A model generated the notes under the pieces. The model did no database searches and was not told the DNA's origin. It saw only the letters and a program-made list of their open reading frames with translations. Positions 18,105 through 28,083 of a stretch of DNA of 64,000 bases are shown one piece after another. Origin of the DNA: Spirochaetia bacterium (GTDB taxonomy: Bacteria; Spirochaetota; Spirochaetia; CADAEX01); contig JAFXTY010000041.1 of the NCBI GenBank assembly GCA_017535435.1, positions 770-64,769 of the forward strand. The letters run 5' to 3'. Made by a program: the position numbers and the translations under genes. Numbering within the stretch: position 1 is the first letter of the stretch; every line of letters starts with the position of its first letter.

Positions 18105-19236
18105 CGCCGAAGCTTCCCTCTATATCCACATCCCGTTCTGCAACTCCAAATGCAGCTACTGCGATTTCTTCTCTGTCACAGACCACTCCCTTATGGCTAA
18201 GGTGCTGGATAGAACTGTTGAGCAGACTGCCCGGTTCATCGATTATTTCGGTATAAAGAGCATTCCCACTGTATATATCGGGGGAGGTACCCCTACATCT
18301 CTGCCATTGCCTCTTCTGGATAAGCTTCTTTCCTTTATAGGGACTCTCCCCTTGGGGGAAGGTTCTGAATGCACCATCGAGGCAAACCCGGAGACCATAA
18401 CTATAGATCTTATCAGGCTTCTTTCAGACTCCTGCATGAACCGGCTGAGCCTGGGGATCCAGTCCTTCTCTGACACCACTCTCGGAACTCTAGGCCGCCA
18501 CTGTAATTCCGCGACTGCCCTGAAGGCTATCGGTTTGGTGAAAGAGCACTGGCAGGGGCAGCTCAGCCTTGACCTCATTTCCTCTATTCCGGGCCAGGAG
18601 GTTTCTGATTCTATTGCAGATATCGATACAGCCATCTCCTTCAGACCAGACCACATATCCCTTTACTCCCTCACTCTTGAGGAGGGGACACCCCTGGCAC
18701 AGCACTACGATCCTGACTCCCAGTCTATTGACGACAATGTGTGGATCCTGGCTGCAGACCACCTGGAAATCTCAGGCTACAGACGGTATGAGGTCTCTAA
18801 CTTTGCCCTTCCGGGCTGCCAGTCAAGGCACAACACCCGCTACTGGAAGCTTCTGCCGTATATAGGAACCGGTGCCGGGGGAGTCTCCACACTCCATGAT
18901 GGAAAGGGTGGTCTTTTCCGGATATCCAACGTGCCGGACCTTGAGAAATACCTTGAGAGCACAGACCTCATCTGCGGTGCCGAGACCGAGGAGATCATAG
19001 GAAAGAGTTACATTTTCGAGTACCTGATGATGGGCTTCCGCATGACAGCAGGCATTGCCAAGTCCGACTTTGCCAAGACCTTCGGCAGGGAAATCACCGA
19101 GGTGATTCCAGAAACTATAGCAGATTGGAAGAACAGGGGTCTTGCTGTGGATACTGGCGATTCAATAGCCCTGAACAAAGGTGGACTTCTTCTTTTGAAT
19201 CAATTCCTTTTAGATGCTCTCTCAGAGCTTGAGTAG
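18064..19236 (+). CDS. hemW: radical SAM heme chaperone HemW (HemN-like, oxygen-independent coproporphyrinogen oxidase family)
   Basis: SLYIHIPFCNSKCSYCDFF has the CxxxCxxC cluster motif. GGGTPT. HemN C-domain. Overlaps the lepB 3' end by 41 nt in another frame. Confidence 0.7.
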   Translation: MPKSYTALKASENNAEASLYIHIPFCNSKCSYCDFFSVTDHSLMAKVLDRTVEQTARFIDYFGIKSIPTVYIGGGTPTSLPLPLLDKLLSFIGTLPLGEGSECTIEANPETITIDLIRLLSDSCMNRLSLGIQSFSDTTLGTLGRHCNSATALKAIGLVKEHWQGQLSLDLISSIPGQEVSDSIADIDTAISFRPDHISLYSLTLEEGTPLAQHYDPDSQSIDDNVWILAADHLEISGYRRYEVSNFALPGCQSRHNTRYWKLLPYIGTGAGGVSTLHDGKGGLFRISNVPDLEKYLESTDLICGAETEEIIGKSYIFEYLMMGFRMTAGIAKSDFAKTFGREITEVIPETIADWKNRGLAVDTGDSIALNKGGLLLLNQFLLDALSELE

Positions 19237-20408
19237 TGGATCTTCATCCCGATGGCCAGGGGCACAGCCATGCATGAGAAGAGGGCGCAGATCTTGAATG
19301 CGCTTGCCATGGTGAACAGGTCGCTGAGCCACCCTGTCAAGGTAAGGGAAATAGCGATAGTGATAAAGTCGAACATGCTGTAGATGCTGCTGGTGGTGGT
19401 GGGATTCTCTGCCCCCTGGTCCTGCATAAGGGCCATGATCACAGGTGCACTGGAGAAGGAGAAGAAGCCGGTCAGGACTATGAATATCTCCATAAGCACT
19501 GTCTGCCCCGGCATAAGGCTGAACATTACAAAGGCAAACATCAGGACAGGGGTTATGACCTTGATGAATATCAGGGTGTTAAGCTTCCCCAGCCTGTCTG
19601 CAATGATGCCGGAAATGAAGGTGCCTGCCACAGCCGCGAACTGGAGGGCCGACAAGGAAACTCCTGCGAACCACAGGGAATAGCCCCTTTCTGTAAGGTA
19701 GGTGGGGAGGAATGAGTTCAGCACCGATGCCACGAAAGCCCTTGCCAGGGAAAGAAGGAAGCAGCAGAGGAAGAACCACTTGTACTTCATCATTATCTGG
19801 CCGAAAGGAGCCTCTGCTTTCTTTTTCTTCACTTCCTGGGTCCCAGCACCCTTGGTGCGGAACTTGAAGAATATGATGAGTGCGGTGAGAAGCGCTATAG
19901 GGAACAGGAAATATATCCTCCTCTCGCCCCAGGCTGCCACTGCGGCCAGCACTATGATAGGTCCGAAACCCCTTGCCAGCTCTCCGCCGGTCATGAAGAA
20001 GCTCATTCCGGCTCCCGAGTAGGAGCCTGCATGCTCCCGGGTCATGACCATGGCCGGGATATGGTAGAAGCAGGCGCTTATTCCCATTATCAGTATAAGA
20101 AGGCACAGCACCCAGTAGGTGGGGGCCAGGGTTATGCAGCATATAGAGGCTGATGTCACAAGCAGGGTAAGGCAGATGATAAGCCGGTTGTCACTTTTCT
20201 CCACCACCTTGCCGATGGCAGGGTTCATAAGGGCCGGGAGCCGGTGGAAAAGGGATATCATCCCTCCCATGGTGTAGTTCATCCCCAGATTTTGGATCAG
20301 AATGGGGAGCAGTGGCGATACAAAGTGGCTGAAAATATCGTGGGAGAAGTGGGAAAGCCCCATAAGGGAGACAGAAAAAATGTCAAACTTCTCTTTCTTC
20401 CCGCTCAC
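19200..20408 (-). CDS. MFS transporter
   Basis: 12 predicted TM segments. MFS-like loop motifs. Confidence 0.6.
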   Translation of the reverse strand: MSGKKEKFDIFSVSLMGLSHFSHDIFSHFVSPLLPILIQNLGMNYTMGGMISLFHRLPALMNPAIGKVVEKSDNRLIICLTLLVTSASICCITLAPTYWVLCLLILIMGISACFYHIPAMVMTREHAGSYSGAGMSFFMTGGELARGFGPIIVLAAVAAWGERRIYFLFPIALLTALIIFFKFRTKGAGTQEVKKKKAEAPFGQIMMKYKWFFLCCFLLSLARAFVASVLNSFLPTYLTERGYSLWFAGVSLSALQFAAVAGTFISGIIADRLGKLNTLIFIKVITPVLMFAFVMFSLMPGQTVLMEIFIVLTGFFSFSSAPVIMALMQDQGAENPTTTSSIYSMFDFITIAISLTLTGWLSDLFTMASAFKICALFSCMAVPLAIGMKIHYSSSERASKRN

Positions 20409-21112
20409 TCTGTTATTCCTTTCTCAAACCAGCCGAAAAGGGCATCAATACGGTTTGTTATGGCGTTGTTCACCCTCTTTTCCATGAAGGATGGGAGCAC
20501 AGTGGGCTTGCAGAACCCCACATTGTAGACCTGGATTTCCTTATCGGTAAGCACTATGTCCATAAGCACCAGGAAGCAGTGGGGCTCTATGGCCTTGATA
20601 GGACCATATTTCAGATTATCCATGTTGGTTATCTTAAGGGTGATGTGGTTGTCTTCAAAAAGATAGGAAAACTGATATACATTGTCCTTGAACCTGGAAT
20701 CCTCAAGCATTCCATAGATATCAATACCTTGTGGCAGCGGATTTCCCAGCTTGTGGTCCTCTATCCTGTTGGCATGGCGGGGATGGTCCACTGTGTAAGC
20801 GTCGGTGAAGAGGGTGGTCACCTCTTTCTTGCTCTGTGAATAATACTGGGTCCCTTTGATGGTGGAGAGGCTGGTGAGATAATTCACTATGTCGGCAGTG
20901 CTCTTGCCGTTTCTGTCATAAGTGGCTTTGCATTCCACCCGAACTGGATAAGAAGGGGCGATTGAAGTCGCATACTTGCCTGTATGGTTCATAGGAAACA
21001 GTGTGAGTTCATCATCTTTATCCAGGATTCTGGTCTCCTTCCCGCCGGCATATGCAGAAAGAGCCATACAGGTCAGGAGCATCAGGATCAATATTTTTCT
21101 CATATACTTCAT
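20405..21112 (-). CDS. secreted hypothetical protein
   Basis: Signal peptide MKYMRKILILMLLTCMALSAYAGG. Its 3' end overlaps the MFS start by 4 nt. Confidence 0.5.
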   Translation of the reverse strand: MKYMRKILILMLLTCMALSAYAGGKETRILDKDDELTLFPMNHTGKYATSIAPSYPVRVECKATYDRNGKSTADIVNYLTSLSTIKGTQYYSQSKKEVTTLFTDAYTVDHPRHANRIEDHKLGNPLPQGIDIYGMLEDSRFKDNVYQFSYLFEDNHITLKITNMDNLKYGPIKAIEPHCFLVLMDIVLTDKEIQVYNVGFCKPTVLPSFMEKRVNNAITNRIDALFGWFEKGITE

Positions 21113-21173
21113 GATATATATAAAACAGGAAAGTGGAAATGACTTTACAAAATTTTTGTGATATAATTTAAAT

Positions 21174-21710
21174 ATGAGAGTACGTCAGGCAAAAAACACA
21201 GACATGGAAAGGATAATGAAGATAGAGGAGAACGCCTTTATCTCCAATATACAGGAGACATATCAGACCTTTGCCCGCCGTATGGAGACCTATCCTCATG
21301 GTTTCCTTGTGCTGGAGGACGACAAGGGGATTGTCCAGGGCTATTTCTCCAGCGAGCTTTGGGATGAGCTGCCTCACCACAACAAGGTGTTCATCCTGGA
21401 CCACGATCCGGCTGCACTTCATAAGAAAGATGGCAGGCTGCTCTATATAAGCTCCTTTGCCCTTATGAGCGGTATCCAGGGAAGGGGATTGGGCAAGCTT
21501 TTCTTCAAGGAATGTCTCAAGCAGGAGCAGGAAGCATCTCCCCAGATTGAACAGATTGTACTTATTGCAAGCCAGGAGTGGGGCGCAGCCCGCCACATCT
21601 ATGAGGACTTAGGTTTTAAAGTTATCCGCCAGATACCGTGCTTCTTCCCATCCGATGTCATTCCTGGTGGGGCTGACGGTATAGTTATGATAAAAACAAT
21701 GGAGAAATAA
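21174..21710 (+). CDS. GNAT family N-acetyltransferase
   Basis: Acetyl-CoA binding region QGRGLGKLFF (Q/RxxGxG/A motif). GNAT fold length. Confidence 0.6.
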   Translation: MRVRQAKNTDMERIMKIEENAFISNIQETYQTFARRMETYPHGFLVLEDDKGIVQGYFSSELWDELPHHNKVFILDHDPAALHKKDGRLLYISSFALMSGIQGRGLGKLFFKECLKQEQEASPQIEQIVLIASQEWGAARHIYEDLGFKVIRQIPCFFPSDVIPGGADGIVMIKTMEK

Positions 21711-21712
21711 CA

Positions 21713-23233
21713 ATGAAAAAAGTATTGCTTATCTGTATGATTTCTCTTTTGACAGCCGGTTCTGTTTTTGCAGGTTCCGACCGCATTTCTCCGGCTGTGT
21801 CGAAAAGCTTCAGCTATAAAGAGGGCTCTGCTGTCACCGTGAAAATCTACCAGCGGCAGATGGATGAGTATCCCTGCAAGCCTCTTTTCAAATATGTGGA
21901 TGTGATGAACCAGGCCCTCCGCTATAAGAAGACCCATATGAACGAGGATGTTGAGATCCGCTTTGCCATGTACACCCTCTCCCTGGCCACCTATTTCCAT
22001 ACTGATGATTCGGATCCTGACTATGGCGAGATGACATCTGAGTCCATACCCGGCAAGACAGAGAACATTCTGGAGGCTTTAGTCCGCCTTGCAAAGCATC
22101 AGGTCAAGGTGAACTTCGTGGCCCAGACCAATATAACCAAGGATGTGGAGCCTCTTCTGGGCCAGCCCTGCATCACCGACAGTTCCAAGAAGGTAGGAGA
22201 TTATCTGTCATTCACCTATGTGCGCTGGGGTGGCGAGTCGGAACAGCAGATGCATGCCAAGTTCATCACTGCAAGCAAGGTTCTGGATGACAGCGGGGCA
22301 GTGCACTCAAATGTAGTGTACCTGGCCTCCAGCAACATAGATGCTTTGTATGACAACTTCTTCAAATCCACCCAGGAACGGGCTCAGACTGGAGTTCTTA
22401 TAGAGGACTGCCGGGGAATGTACAATGCTTTCAACATATATCAGGGCTGGATCGGTCAGTATTTCGACAATCAGAAAGGTTTCCAGGAAGAGGTCAGGGC
22501 AGCCCATAAGGCCAAGAGCCTGAACTACAGCGACAAATATTTCCATACCCACTTCACCCCGGTTCTCTCTGTGATGGAGGATGATCCTTTCTCCCCGGAC
22601 TCATACAGCCCGGCAGGCCCCAAGGAAAGCGCCTGGGATACGGAGAACAACATGTTTGCCAAGTATATGGAGGAGATGGTGCACTCCGGTCCTGGAGAGC
22701 GGCTTTTCTATGCCAATGTCTACCACTATAAGACTGCCTGGAGCGATCTTTTCGGCTGGAAGCTGTTCAAGGCTCTCCGTGGTCTCTATTTCGGCAGGAA
22801 GTATGACAACAGCCCGGACTGTTACACCTCTGATATGCAGGCTAAGGATGCAGAGGCTCTGAAATCAAAGAAGCTCAAGCCTGATAAGAAGAGTCCCCTT
22901 GTCACAAAGTGGATTATAGAGACTTCCACCAGTCCTCATAGATTTTCCGGTGAAAGCGGCTTTCTGAAAGGGCTGAGCATCATATCCGGCAACAAGGCGC
23001 TCTACTATAAAGCCGACCACAGATACAAGACTCACTGCAAGGATGTGCTCCTTTCCTATATGAGGGATGGAGAGCGGAAATATGTGGTGATCACCGGCTC
23101 CACAAACCTGAAGAGGGACGGCAATGCCAACAAGGCCAACGCCTCCATCGTAATCCTGGAGAACGAGTCTGATCACACTATTTTTGATGCTTACAAAGGC
23201 TTTATAGACGGTATTGTAGACGCCCGGAAGTGA
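21713..23233 (+). CDS. secreted protein with two degenerate HxK...GSxN (phospholipase D-like) motifs
   Basis: Signal peptide MKKVLLICMISLLTAGSVFA. HAKFITASKVLDDSGAVHSNVVYLASSN and HCKDVLLSYMRDGERKYVVITGSTNL resemble duplicated HKD motifs. Confidence 0.4.
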   Translation: MKKVLLICMISLLTAGSVFAGSDRISPAVSKSFSYKEGSAVTVKIYQRQMDEYPCKPLFKYVDVMNQALRYKKTHMNEDVEIRFAMYTLSLATYFHTDDSDPDYGEMTSESIPGKTENILEALVRLAKHQVKVNFVAQTNITKDVEPLLGQPCITDSSKKVGDYLSFTYVRWGGESEQQMHAKFITASKVLDDSGAVHSNVVYLASSNIDALYDNFFKSTQERAQTGVLIEDCRGMYNAFNIYQGWIGQYFDNQKGFQEEVRAAHKAKSLNYSDKYFHTHFTPVLSVMEDDPFSPDSYSPAGPKESAWDTENNMFAKYMEEMVHSGPGERLFYANVYHYKTAWSDLFGWKLFKALRGLYFGRKYDNSPDCYTSDMQAKDAEALKSKKLKPDKKSPLVTKWIIETSTSPHRFSGESGFLKGLSIISGNKALYYKADHRYKTHCKDVLLSYMRDGERKYVVITGSTNLKRDGNANKANASIVILENESDHTIFDAYKGFIDGIVDARK

Positions 23234-23950
23234 TCACCACCAGCGGCTTGCCAGCACGGCAAAGCCCACCAGGCAGGCGGCCTCGGTGCGCAGCACCCTG
23301 CTCCCCATGGAGCAGAGGGTAAAACCATAATCCAGGAGCAGCTTCCGCTCCCTGTCGCTCCAGCCCCGTTCGCCTCCCACTGCCATTATGGTTTTACCGG
23401 CCGCCAGCTGGGCCTTTTGCAGCGGGATTGTGAACTGGTAGTTGTCCAGTGCTATTTTATTCTGGAATTTATATGCATTCTTCTCTAAGAATGTATCCAG
23501 GGAATAGTGTACTGTCACTTCAGGAATATATGGGGCTGCACCCTGCTGGGCCCCCTCCACCAGGAGAGGATAATACTTTTCCCTTGACCAAAGAGCGCCG
23601 TTGGAATAGGACTTCTCTGTCTTGTCTGTCTTTCCCAGGTATATGTGCTCTGCCCCTATGGTGCACAGGTTCTTGAACACCTTCTTGGCATCGATAGGGC
23701 GGATTATGGAGCAGAAGACCGAGATAGGGTATTCACTCTCCACCTTTTTATCCAGAGTCTCATGGCTCAGCACCATCTTGGAGTCATCAATCTTTTCAAT
23801 TGTGAACTTCTCATAGGTGCGGTTGATTATTCCCCCTTCGAAAGTGTCTCCCTCCTTAAGCTTGAGTATGTTTTTTATGTGCTGATAGCGTATATCCTCA
23901 GCTTTCAGGGTGGTGATCTCTTCTTCCGGCGAAAACAGTATTATATTCAT
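23234..23950 (-). CDS. rsmE: 16S rRNA (uracil1498-N3)-methyltransferase RsmE
   Basis: C-terminal [10 protein letters not shown]...VLRTEAA is the RsmE signature. Confidence 0.75.
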   Translation of the reverse strand: MNIILFSPEEEITTLKAEDIRYQHIKNILKLKEGDTFEGGIINRTYEKFTIEKIDDSKMVLSHETLDKKVESEYPISVFCSIIRPIDAKKVFKNLCTIGAEHIYLGKTDKTEKSYSNGALWSREKYYPLLVEGAQQGAAPYIPEVTVHYSLDTFLEKNAYKFQNKIALDNYQFTIPLQKAQLAAGKTIMAVGGERGWSDRERKLLLDYGFTLCSMGSRVLRTEAACLVGFAVLASRWW

Positions 23951-25356
23951 TTCTTCTCAGGTTTTGAGGGGCTCAGCATCTTGGCCGGATCCACAATCTC
24001 CTTGAACTCTGCCTCAGTGAGCAGGCCCAGCTCCACAGCAGTCTGGCACAAAGTCTTTCCGCTCTTGTATGCACTCTTTGCAATCTTTGCGGCGTTCTCG
24101 TACCCAATGCGGCGGTTCAGGGCGGTAACCAGCATCAGGGAGTTCTCCATATATTCCTGAATCTTCTCTTTGTTTGCCTTGATTCCCTGGAAACAGTTGA
24201 TCCTGAAGCTCTCCATGACATCGGCCAGCAATGTGGCACTTTGTAGCAGATTGTGGATGATCACAGGCTTGAACACGTTCAGCTCGAAGTTGCCGGAGGC
24301 CCCTGCGGTGGCTATAGCTGTGTTGTTTCCCAGAACCTGGACACATACCATGGTCATGGCCTCGCACTGGGTGGGGTTCACCTTGCCGGGCATTATGGAG
24401 CTTCCCGGCTCGTTCTCCGGTATCAGAAGCTCTCCTATGCCGCACCTTGGGCCAGAGGCAAGCCATCGCACATCGTTGGCAATCTTCATAAGAGCAGTGG
24501 CCAGTGATGTGTATGCGCCTGAAAGGGCCACCAGACTGTCGTGGCTTGCCAGGGAGGCAAACTTGTTAGGGCTTTCCCTGAATGGCAGAGCTGTCATCTG
24601 GGCAATGTAGTCAATAGCCTGGGATGCAAAGCCTTCGTAGGTGTTAAGGCCGGTTCCCACAGCAGTGCCGCCCAATGCAAGTATATAAACTTCTTCCAGA
24701 ACCTTAAGAATCCGGTCTCTGGCGCTTTCCAGCTGGTATCTGTAGCCCGAGAACTCCTGTCCCAGTGTCAGTGGAACTGCATCTTGCAGATGGGTGCGCC
24801 CGCATTTTATGATATCTTTGAACTCCTCTTCCTTTTTCCTAGCAGCCTCAATCAAAGCCTCCAGGGCTGGAAGCAGCTTGCGCATTGTGATATCTGCGGC
24901 GGCAATATGCATGGCAGTAGGGAATGTGTCGTTAGAGGACTGGCCCATGTTGACATCATCATTGGGGTGTACAGGCTTTTTGCTTCCTCTCTCTCCCCCC
25001 ATAATCTCTATGGCACGGTTTGAGATCACCTCATTCACGTTCATATTGGTCTGGGTGCCGCTTCCTGTCTGCCATACAGCCAGAGGGAACTGGTCAGCCA
25101 GCTTCCCGGCCAGGATCTCGTCGCAGGCTTGGACAACAGCGTTCTTCTTATCGGCCGCCAGCTTCCCCGCATCAAAGTTAGCCAGGGCAGCTGCCTTCTT
25201 CAGGATAGCAAAAGCTCTTATAACCTCAGGTGATATCTTCTCTGTTCCTATTTTAAAGTTCTCCAGAGACCTCTGAGTCTGGGCTCCCCAATATGCCTGG
25301 GCAGAGACTTTGATCTCTCCCATTGAATCCGATTCAATTCTGTATTCCACTGCCAA
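23947..25356 (-). CDS. fumC: class II fumarate hydratase
   Basis: [20 protein letters not shown] signature. N-terminus [22 protein letters not shown]. Confidence 0.85.
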   Translation of the reverse strand: MAVEYRIESDSMGEIKVSAQAYWGAQTQRSLENFKIGTEKISPEVIRAFAILKKAAALANFDAGKLAADKKNAVVQACDEILAGKLADQFPLAVWQTGSGTQTNMNVNEVISNRAIEIMGGERGSKKPVHPNDDVNMGQSSNDTFPTAMHIAAADITMRKLLPALEALIEAARKKEEEFKDIIKCGRTHLQDAVPLTLGQEFSGYRYQLESARDRILKVLEEVYILALGGTAVGTGLNTYEGFASQAIDYIAQMTALPFRESPNKFASLASHDSLVALSGAYTSLATALMKIANDVRWLASGPRCGIGELLIPENEPGSSIMPGKVNPTQCEAMTMVCVQVLGNNTAIATAGASGNFELNVFKPVIIHNLLQSATLLADVMESFRINCFQGIKANKEKIQEYMENSLMLVTALNRRIGYENAAKIAKSAYKSGKTLCQTAVELGLLTEAEFKEIVDPAKMLSPSKPEKK

Positions 25357-25419
25357 CTCCTTGCTTATTTATATTAAAATATATATAATCTGTCAAACAG
25401 AACAGGAGGATTCTCATAA

Positions 25420-28071
25420 ATGAAAGCAGTTGAGCTTGAGAAAAACTATGACCCCAAAAGCTTTGAGGACAAACTTTATGAAAACTGGGAAAAGACAGGC
25501 CAGTTCCTGCCTCGTTATAAAGAGGGTGTAAAACCCTTTGTAATCGTCATTCCTCCTCCAAACGTCACCGGAGTCCTCCATATGGGACACGGCCTTAATA
25601 ACTCACTTCAGGATATCCTTATCCGTTACTATAGAATGAAAGGTATCCCTACACTGTGGATTCCTGGAACCGACCATGCCGGCATTGCAACTCAGAACGT
25701 AGTTGAGAAGCGCCTTATGAAAGAGGGCAAGACAAAGCATGACCTGGGCCGTGAGAAATTCATCGAGCGCACCTGGGAAGTAAAGAAAGAGCACCATGCC
25801 ATCATCACAAAGCAGCTTAAGAAGATCGGTGCATCTGTGGACTGGACACGGGAACGCTTTACCATGGACGAGGGCCTTTCCCAGGCTGTCCGGGAAGTAT
25901 TTGTGACCCTGTACGAGCGGGGACTTATCTATAAGGGGCAGTACCTTGTGAACTGGTGCCCGCGGTGCGGCACAGCATTAGCTGATGACGAAGTTGACCA
26001 CATTGATACCGACGGTGCAATGTACCACATCTGGTATGAGTTTGCAGACGGTCCTGCACCTGATGGAACCACAAGGATCGAGATTGCGACCACACGTCCG
26101 GAGACACTCCTTGGTGATACTGCAGTTGCAGTCCATCCTGATGATGAGCGGTACAAGGCAATTGTAGGAAAGAAGCTGAAGCTGCCTCTGACAGACCGTG
26201 TAATTCCTATCATTGCAGACACATATGTAGACCGGGAATTCGGAACCGGTATGGTTAAGATCACCCCTGCCCACGACCCTAACGACTGGGAGGTAGGTAA
26301 GCGGCACAACCTTGAGGTTATCAATATCCTGAATCCGGACGGCACCCTTAACAACAACTGTCCTGAGAAATACCGGGGCATGACCTGTGCGGCAGCACGG
26401 GAACTGGTTAACCAGGATCTGAAGGACCAGGGACTCTTCAAGGGAGAGGAGAAGCTGGTTCACTCTGTAGGACACTGCTACCGCTGCAAGACTGTGGTGG
26501 AGCCGTTCCTTTCCTACCAGTGGTTCGTAAAGATGCGCCCTCTGGCAGAGAAAGCCCTGAATGCATGGAAGAAAGGGGAGATTGTGTTCCATCCTCAGAA
26601 GTGGGAGAACACCTATACACATTGGCTTGAGAACATCCGGGACTGGTGTATTTCCCGTCAGCTCTGGTGGGGCCACCGTATCCCTGTATGGTACTGCGAC
26701 AAGTGCGGCGAGATGATTGTAGCCCGGAAGACTCCGGACAAGTGCCCGAAGTGCGGACACGACCACCTGCGGCAGGACGAGGATGTGCTGGACACCTGGT
26801 TCAGCTCCTGGCTGTGGCCTTTCTCCACCCTGGGATGGCCTGAGAAGACCGACGACCTTAAGAAATATTATCCGACAAGCACTCTGGTTACAGCTTACGA
26901 CATCATCTTCTTCTGGGTTTCCAGAATGATCATGGCAGGCCTTGAGTTCACTGGCGAGGTTCCATTCAAGGATATCTACATCCACGGCCTTGTCCGGGAT
27001 AAGCAGGGAAGGAAGATGTCCAAATCATTGGGCAACGGTATCGACCCGCTGGACATTGTGGCTGAGTATGGTGCCGACGCCTTCAAGTTCACACTGGCAT
27101 TCCTTGCTGCCCAGGGTCAGGATATCCTGATCGACAGCGAGACCTTCAAGTTCGGCTCCAAGTTTGCCAACAAGATCTGGAATGCTTCCCGCTATATCCT
27201 CATGAACCTTGAGGGACGGAACCTGATTCCTCTCAAGGATATCGCGCTTAAGGATGTGGACAAGTGGATTCTCCACCGGCTCAACGAGACTGTGGCCGAG
27301 GTGGACCGGGCTATAAAGGGCTACCGCTTCAACGATGCGGCCAAGGCTATGTACGAGTTCTTCTGGAACGACTTCTGCGACTGGTATGTTGAGGCTTCCA
27401 AGCTTTCACTCTATTCAGATGACAATGCAGAGAAGGACAGGGCTGTATCCCTGATCATCCATATACTGAGCGAATCCCTCAGGATGCTTCATCCTTTCCT
27501 TTCTTTTGTTACAGAGGAGATCTACCAGAAGCTGCCTGAGCACGATGCAAGCATTGTGAATGCACCATACCCTGAATATACAAAGGATAGAGAGAATCCT
27601 GAGATTGCATCCAAGTTCGCATCTCTCCAGACTATCGTAAGTGCAGTCCGCACCATGAGGAGCGAGCTTACAGTGCCTCCTTCCAAGAAGGTCAAGGTGA
27701 TGCTGAAGCTGGAGAAATCTGATGATTTCTTCAAGACAAACAGCAGCCTGATGGCACTCCTTATGTCAGCATCCAGTGTGGAGCTGGTTGACCAGAAACC
27801 GGCTGAAAGCGGCTGTGTAATGGTTGCAGGCGCCGGCTTCGAGGCTTATGTCTCTGTTAAGGACGTTATTGACGTACCTCAGGAGATTGCAAAGCTTAAG
27901 GCCGAGATTGCAAAGAACGAGAAGATCCTGGAGAAATCCCTGAAGAAGCTGGAAAATCCTCAGTTCATGAGCAAGGCTGCCCCGGAGGCTATTGCCAAGG
28001 AGCAGGCTGCCAAGGAAGAACTGACAACACTTATAGAGAAGAAAAAGACATATCTTGCAGAATTGTCCTGA
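25420..28071 (+). CDS. valS: valine--tRNA ligase
   Basis: PPPNVTGVLHMGH (HIGH), KMSKSLGN, editing domain, C-terminal coiled coil. AGGAGGA RBS. Confidence 0.9.
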   Translation: MKAVELEKNYDPKSFEDKLYENWEKTGQFLPRYKEGVKPFVIVIPPPNVTGVLHMGHGLNNSLQDILIRYYRMKGIPTLWIPGTDHAGIATQNVVEKRLMKEGKTKHDLGREKFIERTWEVKKEHHAIITKQLKKIGASVDWTRERFTMDEGLSQAVREVFVTLYERGLIYKGQYLVNWCPRCGTALADDEVDHIDTDGAMYHIWYEFADGPAPDGTTRIEIATTRPETLLGDTAVAVHPDDERYKAIVGKKLKLPLTDRVIPIIADTYVDREFGTGMVKITPAHDPNDWEVGKRHNLEVINILNPDGTLNNNCPEKYRGMTCAAARELVNQDLKDQGLFKGEEKLVHSVGHCYRCKTVVEPFLSYQWFVKMRPLAEKALNAWKKGEIVFHPQKWENTYTHWLENIRDWCISRQLWWGHRIPVWYCDKCGEMIVARKTPDKCPKCGHDHLRQDEDVLDTWFSSWLWPFSTLGWPEKTDDLKKYYPTSTLVTAYDIIFFWVSRMIMAGLEFTGEVPFKDIYIHGLVRDKQGRKMSKSLGNGIDPLDIVAEYGADAFKFTLAFLAAQGQDILIDSETFKFGSKFANKIWNASRYILMNLEGRNLIPLKDIALKDVDKWILHRLNETVAEVDRAIKGYRFNDAAKAMYEFFWNDFCDWYVEASKLSLYSDDNAEKDRAVSLIIHILSESLRMLHPFLSFVTEEIYQKLPEHDASIVNAPYPEYTKDRENPEIASKFASLQTIVSAVRTMRSELTVPPSKKVKVMLKLEKSDDFFKTNSSLMALLMSASSVELVDQKPAESGCVMVAGAGFEAYVSVKDVIDVPQEIAKLKAEIAKNEKILEKSLKKLENPQFMSKAAPEAIAKEQAAKEELTTLIEKKKTYLAELS

Positions 28072-28083
28072 TGGAGTAGAGAA

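Noticed and set aside
25978-26985. 335-aa minus-strand ORF inside valS, and the similar 308-aa ORF 28399..29325 inside proS
   Set aside because: Antisense shadow ORFs within highly conserved aaRS genes. No independent signals.
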